Positions 23,176 to 36,150 of a stretch of DNA of 44,914 bases are shown here, one piece after another. How positions within the stretch are numbered: the first letter of the stretch is position 1; each line of letters starts with the position of its first letter. This DNA comes from Octopus bimaculoides (taxonomy: Eukaryota), in NCBI RefSeq assembly GCF_001194135.2, contig NC_068981.1, forward strand, positions 41,208,785 through 41,253,698, in the 5' to 3' direction. The notes beneath the pieces are model-generated. The model saw nothing but the letters and a program-made list of their open reading frames with translations, had not been told where the DNA came from and made no database searches. A program made the translations under genes and the position numbers.

Positions 23176-24099
23176 TGACAAGATTAATATTGATTTCTTC
23201 TGATTTGGCACAAAGCCAATTCTGATAGAGAAAGGATGTAGTCAACTGGATTGACCCAATATAATATTGATACATATTGTGTATTTGATTTTTTATCAGC
23301 ACAAGAAGTATGGAAGTCAAAGTTCCTAGCACAACTTGAACTCAGATAAGTGAAATACCAAACTAATTAAGATAAAACATCAAGTCAGGAGTTATTCTGT
23401 CTCATCTGTCTCAGCCACAGTTAGTGTTTCTAAGTAGTGGTATAAAAAAATACAATGTTATACTGATAGTTTTAAATTCAACGCTTAAAAAAACTTAAAT
23501 GTTATTGAAAACAGTCAACACATTATCACTTACATTTGCACAAATAAAAATGTCTACAAAAACATCACAGATACTCCCATATATGTATAAACAAACTAGC
23601 ACTCTCATATTTACAAGCCCTGGAATTACCTTGGCTCAAACAAAGAAGCCTTACACTCTGTTAGTGACTGGCTTGAATTCTGCATAGAATAATTTAAATA
23701 AATCATGGGAAAAATACACACACACACTACATATACATCATCATTATCATCATCGTTTAACGTCCGCTTTTCATGCTAGCATGGGTTGGACGATTTGACT
23801 GAGGACTGGTGAACCGGATGGCTGCACCAGGCTCCAATCTGATCTGGCAGAGTTTCTACAGCTGGATGCCCTTCTTAACATCAACTACTCTGAGAGTGTA
23901 GTGGGTACTTTTACGTGCCACCGGCACAAGGGCCAGTCACGCATATATACAACAAACACTGTCATCTGAAAAAAGTCTCCTGAAACAAATATAAAAATAT
24001 TTCTGATGTTGAAAACACCCATATATTCCAATGTAAGGTATATTAATGGAACACTCCCATCAAAACTTTTACTAAATGCCCAATTTAGCAGTTTGGGGC

Positions 24100-24480
24100 A
24101 GTCAACAAAAAAAACTATGTCCAGTTTGTGGAAGTTGGTTGCCTAGCAGATGTGGACATTTCATTCAAAATTAAAGAGAAAGAAGATATTTATGGTCAAC
24201 TGCTTCGAACCCTACAACTTCTCTATCCAAATTATAAGTTTACATTTGTACCAATCACTGGTGTGCTTGACAAAGTGATAGTGTGGGAAAAACTCAGGTT
24301 TTCAGACTAAAAAAGAGACCCTCTCGCTTGTATTCTGCAAATTCAATCTGTAAGTAGAACAAGGTTTTTTTCTGAAATCCAATATATAACTCCATAGTTG
24401 CTTTGTCATCTAAATTCCAATGTTGGAGCTTTGTTTTTAGTTAGAAACTAACGCCTTCTTTATAGGAAAAAATTCAAAGA
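24100..24480 (+). mobile_element. R4/Dong-like (restriction-like endonuclease) non-LTR retrotransposon, 3' fragment
   Basis: VEVGCLADVDISFKIKEKEDIYGQLLRTLQLLYPNYKFTFVPI matches the C-terminal half of the REL domain. A second piece at about 24550-24662 reads EYSWNVSVK...RSDIMI...VEISC. Confidence 0.75.
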
Positions 24481-24689
24481 GGCAAAAAAAAGCATGTATA
24501 CGCATGCATCATACATACATACATACATACAAACATACAGAAATAAATAACATGAAAGAATACTCATGGAATGTTTCTGTGAAAATCTCAGTAAAATGTA
24601 GATCAGATATAATGATTTGTGAAAGACAAGAGAAAAGTGCAGCAGTGGAAATCAGTTGCACAGCAACGTTAAGTTCTTCATATTTAACT

Positions 24690-25060
24690 TGTTTCAGTCA
24701 TTGGACTGTGGCCATGCTGGGGCACTGCTTTGATGGGTTTAGTTGAATTGAACCCAGTATTTACTTTTTAGGTCTGGTACTTATTCTATCAGTCTCTTTT
24801 GCTGAAACTGCTAAGTTATGGGGGATGTAAGCACCGATTGACAAGAGTTGAGGGCAAGGGGAGGGACAAACAAACATTTATGTATACACACACACACACA
24901 ATGGGCTTTTGCATCGTTTCAGTCAACCAAATTCACTTGTAAGGCATTAGTCAGCCCAGGAGTATAGTAGAAGACACTTGCCCAAGATTCTGTGCAAGGA
25001 ATGAGCATGAAACCATGTGGCTGCAAAGCAAGCTTCTTAATTACCCAGATATGCCTGTAA
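24690..25060 (-). mobile_element. Composite SINE, same family as 11710-12168
   Basis: Reverse complement of the tail, then (CA)n, then the head. Confidence 0.8.
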
Positions 25061-26169
25061 AAAACAAAACATATATGACAAACTAATGAGGAATCTGTAC
25101 ATAATATACCTTGATGATAGCTTTAACGTTGTATGTGTAATTATTGGGACACTTAAATATGTAACTATCTCAGTATCAATTTTGAGAAGATGGACTTCAC
25201 AAAACCAGAAAGAACATGGTTAAGTAGGAAATAAATATTACAAGCCATTAATTGAACTGTGAAAACCTGTAACAAATACATATCCACATATGTAGACATA
25301 CAAACAATGCATATGTAAACATAACTAGACCAAAATATACAGATGTACATGTGCAATGGCATTCATCCTTATACATACAGTATGCATGTACGACCATCTA
25401 AATGTCTAAATTCCAATGACAGAACCTTGTTTTTAGGTTAGTAACCAACACTTTTACAATTGGAGAGAAATTTAAAAAATAAAATCAGATCATTCACAGA
25501 TTCATGAAAATACATGTCCATACACATATAAGAATATTTCAACAGACTTGAAAACTATGTAAATCAGAGGTTTTCTCTTACAAGATAATATCCCACAATG
25601 CATTTGCAGTACAATTTATAGTATCAACAATCAGAATACTTGTGTGGACTAGAGGAAATTTTCTCCATTGATATTAGACCTGCATGATCCTGACATTAAT
25701 TAGAAGCTTCCAGGGAAATAATGAAATCAACAGGCTCTATCCCAAAAGGAAAGAAGAGTGACTTCCAATCAATCTAGATAACCATATGGTACTATTAAGT
25801 TACTATCTACTTAACAGCAATAGTAAAAAGAAATACATTAACTAAGGGCTCAAAAGTGAAGAGAACACAATTTTACAAGTTGGGTGTGAACTCCCTAAAA
25901 ATACTCAGCTCTTAATGACATTCTATGCAACCTGAGAACTGATTTATTTCTCAACAAAGACCTGGAGGAGAAACCCTCTGCACACCAAAAAATAGTTATG
26001 AATAGGTAGATTTACTGTAAACTTGAAAGGATTATGCTAATTTTGACATGATATGTAACCTTTTTTTTAACTTGGGGCCATTAGATCATGTTTGAAGATT
26101 ATGCTTTTACAATCCCAAATCAAGAAATAACAAGAAAGCATACGTAAAATAACAGAGACAGTGAATGCT

Positions 26170-26760
26170 TAAAGCCCCAAAAGTGTTATGTCACATATCT
26201 GTGGCTGATAATATGCATATGACAAACAACTGCTCCAATATATTAACAAACACTACTTTCTGGTTCAGGTATGATGATATTGCTAAAACAATATACAGTG
26301 ACGTCAATAGGAAAGATTGCTTTGGTATAAATATAAAAAAATATTTGTTGTTGAGTACTTACATACATTTCAATACAAGGAATATTGGTGGGTTCTTCTA
26401 TCAAAACTTCCATCAAATGCAAACATAACAGGCTTAATATAGTTGTTTGAGAAAGGAATGACAAATTATGTACTATTATCAAGGTTGCAGTTATTAATTC
26501 TTCTTTCAAAATTCTAAGAAAAAAGAATATTTATGGTCAACTATTTCAACACATACATCATCTTTACTTAGATTATAGAATTACATTTATTTCCATCATC
26601 ATGGGTTTACTTGGTAGTAATCTCAGAAATTACACTTTGTAAATTCAAAATATAATTTTCTTAACTTCAACATATTGTTATCTAAATATTAGAAATAAAG
26701 CATTTATTTTTTGTAAGAAACCAGTCTCTTTTTTAAGGAAAATTCAAAGAATTGCAAGAG
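26170..26760 (+). mobile_element. R4/Dong-like fragment covering the CCHC knuckle and the REL domain
   Basis: HMTNNCS...RYDDIAKTIY...RKDC; KEYWW...SIKTSIKCKHNR..I; KNIYGQLF..I..LY.DY.ITFISIIMG. The 3' sequence resembles 24440-24480. Confidence 0.7.
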
Positions 26761-26856
26761 AAACTTCACCCACAAGCATACATTGCATATACCATACATG
26801 TACATAGCGTTTTTTTTTTTTTTTTTTTCTCCGTGTTTTTCTCCTTGTCTCCGTAT

Positions 26857-26893
26857 TCTTTCTGTTGAAGAGCGTAGCTCGAAACGTCAAAGA
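26857..26893 (+). ncRNA. Minimal type-I hammerhead ribozyme-like motif (Penelope-type)
   Basis: tcttt-CTGTTGA-a-GAGC-gta-GCTC-GAAAC-GTC-aaaga. Stem I is tcttt/aaaga, stem II is GAGC/GCTC, helix III is loopless and palindromic, and the cleavage triplet is GUC. The core has U instead of A at position 6. Confidence 0.6.
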
Positions 26894-26987
26894 CTTTCCG
26901 TATTCCCNNNNNNNNNNATACTAATATATACTTTTGTTATTTACACCACCTGTCCTCGTCTGTTGTTATTATTTGTATATTCTCCCC

Positions 26988-27019
<32 letters not shown>

Positions 27020-27751
27020 CCAATACGGTTTTTCAGTAATACATGCCCAATTAAATAAGAAATTCAGATGCTTTATAATATACTTTCCATTAGACAGAGT
27101 AATTAGACATGTTCATGATAGGGTCAATAATAAAATAAAGTTAGAGAAAGAATGAGTGAGTAGAAAATATTAGTTAGAGGTTTGCTTATCTAATCTTTTT
27201 CATTATTGTAATATGCACTGTATGATAGCAACACCAAAAAAAAAAAAAAAGACAGAAGGGATAGAAATAGCAGGAGACATTCTTATATAGGGATCATGAG
27301 TTTCAATAACTTAGTGATAAAATTTTTCATTTACTTCATAACCAGTAACAGTAGTTGTTGCAACATAACTGTTAGATTATAACTGAAGAATTCCTGCAGA
27401 AGCAGGTTGTGGCATTCTGTAATTGGATAACATTTGTGTTAAAAGAGAAAGGTTCTTTAAATCATTAGAATTCTTTCATAAAGTGTAACTGTGTTAGTCA
27501 ATGTAAATTATTTATTCCGAAATTCCTTGGAATTGATTGTAAGATATTCAATTTAATGGGAGAAAACATATATATATATATATATATTTTTTTTTTTGCA
27601 AAGTGCCTATGATCATCTACACATATACCTACAGCCACAATCAGAAGGAACAATAAAAAAAAAAACTACCAATATACAAAGGATTTCTACTGAAGTATTT
27701 TGTAAATAAATACAACACTGGTTGAGAAAAAAAAAAAAAATTAGAGATAAA

Positions 27752-28403
27752 TTATGTCCAATTATCTGCCATAGTTGTCCCATCTTTGACCATCCCTTCA
27801 GACATATTTCTGCCCANNNNNNNNNNNNNNNNNNNNNNNNNNNNNNNNNNNNNNNNNNNNNNNNNNNNNNNNNNNNNNNNNNNNNNNNNNNNNNNNNNNN
27901 NNNNNNNNNNNNNNNNNNNNNNNNNNNNNNNNNNNNNNNNNNNNNNNNNNNNNNNNNNNNNNNNNNNNNNNNNNNNNNNNNNNNNNNNNNNNNNNNNNNN
28001 NNNNNNNNNNNNNNNNNNNNNNNNNNNNNNNNNNNNNNNNNNNNNNNNNNNNNNNNNNNNNNNNNNNNNNNNNNNNNNNNNNNNNNNNNNNNNNNNNNNN
28101 NNNNNNNNNNNNNNNNNNNNNNNNNNNNNNNNNNNNNNNNNNNNNNNNNNNNNNNNNNNNNNNNNNNNNNNNNNNNNNNNNNNNNNNNNNNNNNNNNNNN
28201 NNNNNNNNNNNNNNNNNNNNNNNNNNNNNNNNNNNNNNNNNNNNNNNNNNNNNNNNNNNNNNNNNNNNNNNNNNNNNNNNNNNNNNNNNNNNNNNNNNNN
28301 NNNNNNNNNNNNNNNNNNNNNNNNNNNNNNNNNNNNNNCTGTATTGATGGTGCAGCCGGTGCAAACTTTGTACCAGGCGCACCAGCAGACGTTGTTCCAT
28401 TGC
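27752..28403 (-). CDS. Candidate terminal coding exon of the unidentified - strand gene, interrupted by the gap 27817-28338
   Basis: Strong acceptor ttttatttatttatttattttgtag at a sharp GC boundary. Phase 1, reading (G)NGTTSAGAPGTKFAPAAPSIQ into the gap; the far side is open as GRNMSEGMVKDGTTMADNWT*. Confidence 0.55.
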
Positions 28404-30519
28404 CTACAAAATAAATAAATAAATAAAATTTATCAAAAATATGTCATTACATGAAAAAAACCTACAACTAAATATTGATTTCATATTTTGGCACAAGGCC
28501 AGCAATTTTAGGGGAGGGGGTAAGTTGATTACATTGATCCCAGTACTCAACTGGTACTTATTTTATCAACCCTGAAAGGATGAAAGCCAAAGGCAACCTC
28601 AGCAGAATTTGAACTCAGAACATAAAAACAGACAAAATACCACTAAACATTTTGCCTGATGTGCTAATGATTCTGCCAGCTCACTGCCTTTTCTTCAACC
28701 AAATATTAAAACAAAGAATATTGGAAATCTTTAAGGAAACTTCACCTTAGAATTAACTATAAACAAAATATATTGTTATATAAACCAATTTAATAGTGAG
28801 ATAATGAAACTACTTTTCTGGTAAACCACCCAAACTTAATTCCAGAATGTTATTTTAAATCTTGCTAAATGCTCTCTATGGTTTTCAAATACCCCCAAAA
28901 CCCCAACAAAACCCAAATAACAGCTAGGTCATGATTATTTGATACTTCTATAAAAGTACCAGTATGTTTGATCTTATCAAGCTAATATTACTATAATCAT
29001 AACTAGATATAAAGTTGTTGACACTAAATGAATGGAATTAGGTTCTCAAAGCATTGACCAGCCATTATTTCAACAGTTAATACTGATGTTTGAATTTTGA
29101 GAAATTTGAATTGTATTTCAGATTATATCAACTTTCTTTCTGCTCTGAATACTTTTGTTCCTGATAGCCTAGGTCAGCTAAGCTTCAGCACACTTAGTGA
29201 CCATATGCTTCTGATTAAGAGAAGCTCATAGTTCAGCAATTCAAGGTATACAGATATCAAATGTTACTGAACTATATTTAGCTCACTCAGCATTTGATCA
29301 GTAACCAACTTCAAAGTAAATTAGTTCACTGTAGTGACCTACTAAAACAGACAGCCATACATTAGATGATAAAAATCATGTAAGTAAGGAAAATGGTATG
29401 AAGACAATCTGAGCAGCAAAGTTTCTTTTCAAGAAACTTTCCAATCTCTTTCCTAGGCAACTTCATAAAATTTAGCTTTAAATTTTTTATATAATCTTCT
29501 CCCATCAACATATGTTGGGTATGATAACAGATATGCACATAATCCATTAATCTGTGTGACACTGTTCCTCATTTACGTCAAAGATAATATCTAGTTCACT
29601 GTTCCTCACAGGAAAACTATGGTTGTTATGAGTTTACATAGCTACAGCTTAAATACAGAACAAAAAAAAATGAAGTTTAATCCAAAGATTATTATTTGGC
29701 CGCAAGTCAATTCTGACTGAGCAGACCTATGATCAAAAGCAATTCAACAGTGACCATCCCCTTAGTCTTTTGTTTAGAAGTATTTAGGACTACATTATCT
29801 CATATGTCATTCTTTTGAATGTGATTTAAGGAAAATCTGATTACTATTTCTTGCAGTTCAAGAGAATATGTAAAGACACCCTGTTAACTTGTTTAATCCT
29901 TATCTTATCAGTTTTCTGGATTTAGGATCTTCATTCAAGCATTCAATGAATGACCTCTGAAGTCAACACAAGATATAAAGAAAAAAATGCATTTTCCTTT
30001 AAATTCTAAGAAATTTAAAGTTTTCTATACAACCTTAAGAACAAAAATTTATTAAATCATAAAGAAATTTTAATGTGAGGTTTCTAAAGATTATTCTTTG
30101 ACATAATAACCATTTTTTAATTAGATTTTTTTTTCTACAGAACTTATATATATTGTTTCTGAAATTAGCCAACACTCCCTCAACAAATGATATACTTGTA
30201 GTCACTTACACCTATTAATTTGTTTGTTTTTGTTTGATATTTCAAAGAAAGATAGAAACAGAAAATTATAGAAAAAAATAAAGTGAAAAACTGAGATCAA
30301 ATCACTTACCTTACCCCTACTTATTTCTTAAAGATTTATAAGAAAGATAAAAGAAACAGTGAAATAACTTTTATAAGATCAACAGTTATAATACAATAAA
30401 AGTACTTCGATTTACTGTAAATAATACATATGAGCTTGTTGGTGGAACTAGTGGTATATTTCTGATACAAGTTGTATTTGCAAGTATCTGAAAACTTTGT
30501 GATAGTGTCATCAAATTCT

Positions 30520-32200
30520 AAAAAAATGATAACATGATAATGAAAACAGGAATTTAAAGCCAGAGTGGGAGGTAAGTTTTGCATGTCTCATTGAAGAAAG
30601 TAAACCTTTATGTTTTATTTGTCATGTGTCACTCTGTCATTACAAAAACCAATAACTTGAACCATCACTATCAAGCAAATAAAAAAAAATTTCATTTGGT
30701 GATCTACCTAAATCAGAATTAGAGAAAAACAAATTGTGCTTAAATCATCACTAAACAGCCAACAGACACTATCAATAATGTTTAATAAGTAAGCTGATAC
30801 TACAACTGAAGTTAGTTTTGTTGTCAGTGAATAGTGCTCATGCTAAGTGCCCATATTCCGACAATAAATTTAAGAATATAACTGAAGATGTTGCATTATT
30901 ATATCTTCATTGATTAATAGCACAGATACCAATTTCATGCTAAACAGGTGTATCTCCCAGATCAGTGCTGATGTTACAGACAAAATACAAAATTATTTAA
31001 AGAGTTTCCTTGTATTCAGTTAAGCTCTTGACAAATCTACAGACTTATAAGACAACCCACAACTGGCAGTATTTGTCCATTGTTTCCTCTGAAAGAGATG
31101 TTGGACTTTGTATCATTAAAAGAAACAATTTATGATGTTGACATTAAATATACATTTGATAGAGTTTTAACAAAAACTGTTGTTCCCCTGTATAAACTCA
31201 TCTTTGTTGCAACAGAGAGAGGAGATGCAATGATGGGGGAAATATTGGATTCATTACACTCATACAAAGTGATCCTGTCACAACATTATTTACTATGAAC
31301 AACTGGCAACTAGATATTTCAAATCTAAAGATATGTATTCTGTCTTTGAAATTGTTAATTTCATTTACTTAAAAGGAAAAGCTATAAACATTTCTGAAAT
31401 TTTATTGAAGAATTGTAGCTTGAAAATAAACCCAGTAAGATTTCTTTCTGTTGCACTGTGAGGTCTTTATAGCTAGTAATGTCTAGAGTAAATTTGTGGA
31501 TTTGTTAGAGCCTATTAATACTTTTCTTACAGAAAAAAAAGAAAAACTTATCTTCCTCTGGAAAATGAATGAGAGTAAAATCCTGATTATCAGCTACAAA
31601 TGTTCAACTTAACACTCTAAAGGAAAGGTAAGATTGTTTCTAATCCTACTCAGTTTCCAGTTTTCAGATTACAATAAAAGATTCTTAATGAGATATACTG
31701 TCAAGAAACTTTAGTCACTTTTTCAACCTCAAGAAGTGAGTCAATACTTTTCTTGATATTGAAATAAAAATTTAAAAAAAAAAACCCTACTAACTGGAAG
31801 ATTACAAAAATAAATTACAAGGACTTCTAGATAACTACCTAGACAGAATTGATTACTTGCCAAAGTTGAAGCCCTGCTTGGTCTTTCTTGAACACTATCT
31901 GATCGAGGATTTAGACAATGATGGTTGTTAAATACTTGAATCATTCACAGTGGAAATTAAACTAATGGAATTACAAGAAGACCTGGGTCTAAAGGTGATC
32001 CACAAGTTTCAGTTTACAACTGAGTCTGGAAATAAGTTCTGGGAATAAAATATCCTACAGTGAAGAAAACTAGAGTGTGATTCATTTCAATTTTCTGTGA
32101 ATCACTCTGTAATGAAGTTTGTCAAGTCAAAGCACTATACAATCCTTACAAATAAAAGTCAGACAGTTAATTCATACACTCTTGACAGTATTCAACAATT
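30520..32200 (+). mobile_element. Degenerate hAT transposase (SPIN/Charlie, GTF2IRD2-like family)
   Basis: DNENRNLKPEWE...KPLCFICH (N-terminal zinc finger); FS*ALDKSTDL*DNPQLAVFV (D1); KEMLDFVSLKET...LIFVATE (D2 region); KFVDLLEPINTFL; MKFVKSKH (dimerisation region). Many stops and frameshifts. Confidence 0.85.
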
Positions 32201-34129
32201 TACAGCCAGGATAGAGACCCACAAGACCTCTCCTAAGCAGTAAATAATGGCTTTAACAGCCTGAAAATTGTAATGTCTATCATAAGCAGCATCTGATAAG
32301 GCTGCAATTCTTTAAGGTGGTATATGATTGAAATATTTCTAATTTTCTAAGTTCTTTGTGTTTTAATATCTCCACGTTTCAAGTAAATAATTACTAAGAC
32401 AATAAATAAATCAAAAATATATGTTTTCCCTTTTAAGCCTTACTTTAGGCAGCATAATTCATGTTACTGAAATACAAATTTGTATATTTCCCGAGATATT
32501 CCTCAGTTCATTAACTATACACTAATATAGTTAAATCAAACACTAGTCAAGATTTTGAAAATATGAGTCCTTTGTAATTACTCTGGAACTACATAGATGA
32601 ATAAAAATTATTGAACACATGTATTTTTTAATATCTATATAAATTTTTTGTAACAAAATATGTAACAATAAAAATGGGTTTGTAAATTTTGTTTATGTTT
32701 TGCAACTCTCCAGACATTTGGAATTTATTGTATATGGCACTCACATTAAATAAATTTGGCTACCCATGTCATGTAACAAAGATACTCATATGACAAAACA
32801 TGTAGACATTAGACACAGACATGCATACAAATGTGTGTATGTGTGTGCACATCTGTAAACATACATGCATATACAAAATATTTGGCAAAAGATGTATTAT
32901 TGTCTGGTAATAAATATTTAAGCCTCACCCTATTGAACATATATTTCTATAACTGTACCCTTAAACTATAGCATTCTTCTGATATAATATATTTTAACAA
33001 AGCCAGGATTGTTTCTGTTTACATTAATGCTGAAATAGTTCAACCATATTCTATTGATTTAAACAATAACCCTCCCACTCTATTTAATATAATATCTTTA
33101 ATAAGTATTCCAAGTTGAATGGTTTGGCTATAGTTTAAAAATGTTTATACTGAAATAAATATCATAATTATCCCACTCTTATAACATGTTGTTTTTCCAG
33201 AATGTAGGTAAGATGCCTTCATTTAGATCTGTAATCATCATCATTATCATCTTCATTTGACATTAATTTTTCATGCTGGCATGGGGATGGTTTGACAGGA
33301 TCTAGCAACCTGCAGGGCTGCATTGAGCTCCAATGTCATCTTTGGCATGGTTTCTACATCCGGATGCCTTTTCTAATGCTAACTACTTTACAGTGTGTAC
33401 TGAGTGCTTTTTCTGTGCCACTGGCACTTGCAAGACAGAAAAAGTTCAAGAAAAAAAGGATAAAGCACCCATGACTAAGTTTGGGGAGCATGGAATATAT
33501 GAGAGAGGAAGGTGGCTTTATGCCAGGTGTTGAGGGGCTAACGTATGATAGAGGGACAAGCACAGGTGTCTTGCTTTGGAGGAGATACATGACTATTCCA
33601 TCACAAAATATATTTTAACAAGAGATAATTTACATATATTTGTCTATCGAGATTAGAGTCAGTTCACCGGATTTTATAATCTTGTGGGGTGAAGTTAGAA
33701 GTGCTTAAGACACCCTATATATATATACATACATACATATCACTAAGATTAGGAAGCAGACATTAGAAATACAAAAACTTCAAAATTTATTCAAACACAA
33801 ACACATATTTAAAAAAGACATCAAAAACTAAAAAAAAACCAACATGCTATAAAAATCTACAAAGAAATGAAAGAAATTAGATAATGCTTAACATTGTTAA
33901 CTTTTATTCTATTCCAATGTTAGATAAGACTATTATGTCACTTCTATTTTTTATTAGTTCAGCCAAGAGGAAGGGGCTATAATCATAGCCTTCACAGAGC
34001 CTCTACAACTGGTGAAAACTTTGCTCTGTGAAAACTGATAGAAATGGTTGCAAAATAAGCATGTAAAGGGTACAATATTCCAGAAAGCTAACATCATGGG
34101 AAGGAAGGACTAGGGGTTAGTGTGGGACT

Positions 34130-34790
34130 AGTTGGGGGAGGATACAATATTGGTGATAAGAAAAAAGAAGAGGGAATCAGGAATGCCTGATTGGAGGTGG
34201 CATAACACCAACCAGCACTGGAGAGCATATGCTATAATAGTAGCAGTAGAAAAGACAGAGAGAGGAGACAGCATATCTATGGGCCAGCTGTTGGGAGTGT
34301 GTTTGAGAGAGACATCATATCAATCAACTGAATGGTCTTTCTTTGGATGCAGTCCTGGATATGTATGCAGCAGTAGCACTGTTTTAGATGTAGGAAAAGT
34401 ACTCCAGCATGGATCTTATTTGAGCTTTGTAGAGAAAGTTAGCAATTGTTGGGGATGAATTTTTTTCTTTCTGGTATTGAAAATAAAACCCTGTCTTTCA
34501 TGTGTAGTCATTGCTATGTTGAGGATCTGTGTTTACCAGAAGATATTCTCGGTGATGGCGAGGCCAAGTATCTCAAGTAATCGTTAGGGTTCTAACCATG
34601 CACTGTTCATACATATAGGTGAGTGAGATTTGCAAATGGTTATACCAGGTTTTAAACTATATCTTATATTGCAATTTGTGAACAATAAAATTGTTCTACT
34701 GAGAGGTTGCTGAATGTGGAGAATATTTGGGAGAGAAGAGACTATTCTAAGGGAACTCAACAGAGAGACTAGCAAATGAAATTCACTGTG
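34130..34790 (-). mobile_element. CR1/L2-like LINE relic (post-RT region)
   Basis: LEILGLAITENIFW...IA; QQLLT.LYKAQIRSMLEYFSYI*; IQRKTIQLID. Possible endonuclease remnants continue to about 35030. Confidence 0.65.
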
Positions 34791-35099
34791 AAATGGGGAA
34801 AATGACTATTAAAGATATGAAAGCAAAGAAAATATTTATAGCACCAGCAATAGTCACCAAGATACTGAAAATATCATGTGAAGTAGAGTGTGAACTGGTT
34901 ATATACACAGTTAATCAGGTGGGAGAGGAAAGGGTTGTTCTTAATGACTTAGTGTTGAATGTCATCAACAGCTTCTGAGCAAAAGAGAAGCTCTAGATAA
35001 GAGCAACTACAGAAACATTAAACTAATGGACCATATTATGAAAGGAATAAAAAAAAATATAGCACAATTAATTAGGAAGGAAATGAGCTGAGGTATAGT

Positions 35100-36150
35100 T
35101 TAAGTTTGTGTCAGAACAGGGTGCCATTGATGTGTCTTTTTAGTGAGATGATTACAAAAGTTCTTAGCAAAGAACAAGTCAATGTACCTAGCATTTGTTG
35201 ACCTGGAGAATGCTTTGGTGTGCTTCCAAAATCTGTAATCAAGTTGACATTAAGAAAAATAAATGCAGATGAATGGTCTATGAGAGCCATGTAGAGATCT
35301 TGTCACCAAGGTTAGGTGAGAGTTAGCTATGAAATTATTGAGGAATTTAGCCTGTAGGTGTGTGTCTTGCAGGGCCTTCCAGATACTTCCCACATAGTTC
35401 TCCAGGCCACAACAGAGGAGTTTAAGACCAGCTGTTCTCGGGAACTTCAGTATGCTGATAGCCTGATCCTCATAGCCAAATCCATTTAAGAATCAAAGGG
35501 TCTTAAAGTAAACAGTAAAGACAAAGCAAGAAATTAACAGAATTGTACTGCCATCTGTGAAGGAGCCATGCTACAAAAACAGAAAAGGGTATGTAAGAAT
35601 TTCATACAGTGTACCCAATGTAAACTAAGGTGCAGTGGTATCATAAGCAGGTTGACAAAGAGAAGGGCTTTGCATATAGCAGTTAACAGTAGAGCATCAA
35701 TGAAATAAATTCTTTACAATGCTCAGAGGGCCCCTTAGGATAGTTGGGTTCTGTTACCTAGGTGACGAAATTAGTAGTGGAGGTTGGTGTTCCAAAAGCA
35801 TAACAGCTGGAGTAGAAATAAACAAAGAATTTTTTTCTTTTTGAGTGATGGGTGGATTATAAGATGCTTGTGCACAAAGTATGATACTGCATGGCAGCAA
35901 AACATGGGTATCAAATATGGAGGATGTGCGAAGGTTTGAAAGAAATGCAGTGAGAATGCTCCACTAGATGTGTAATTTAGTGTGTACAAATGATGAAGCA
36001 CAAATAATCTGAAAGAAAATTTATGTATAAGAGGAAACAGAACTAAGGAAGCCATAGGAAGAAGGGGTGAAAGCTGATCTCAGGAAGTTGAAGATCACAA
36101 AGGAGATGATAAAGGACTGCAATGAATGGTGAAACATGGTGCTGGAAATA
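35100..36150 (+). mobile_element. RTE-clade LINE relic, same family as 4500-5180
   Basis: KNKSMYLAFVDLENA; IVLQATTEEFKTSCSRELQYADSLILIA; a Cys-rich module; FCYLGD; LYDACAQSMILHGSKTW; VKADLRKLKITKEM. Confidence 0.85.

Noticed and set aside
30336-30584. 82-aa - strand ORF, and a + strand GAG|GTAAGT donor near 30571
   Set aside because: Overlaps the 5' end of the hAT fossil; the donor lies inside the transposase codons WEVS.
32929-33029. - strand exon-like segment with good splice sites (tttcag ... gtgagg)
   Set aside because: All frames contain stops (two in the best frame), which matches random expectation.
33201-33207. + strand 7-nt micro-exon pattern tttttccag|AATGTAG|gtaaga
   Set aside because: No + strand gene context; such matches arise by chance in 45 kb.
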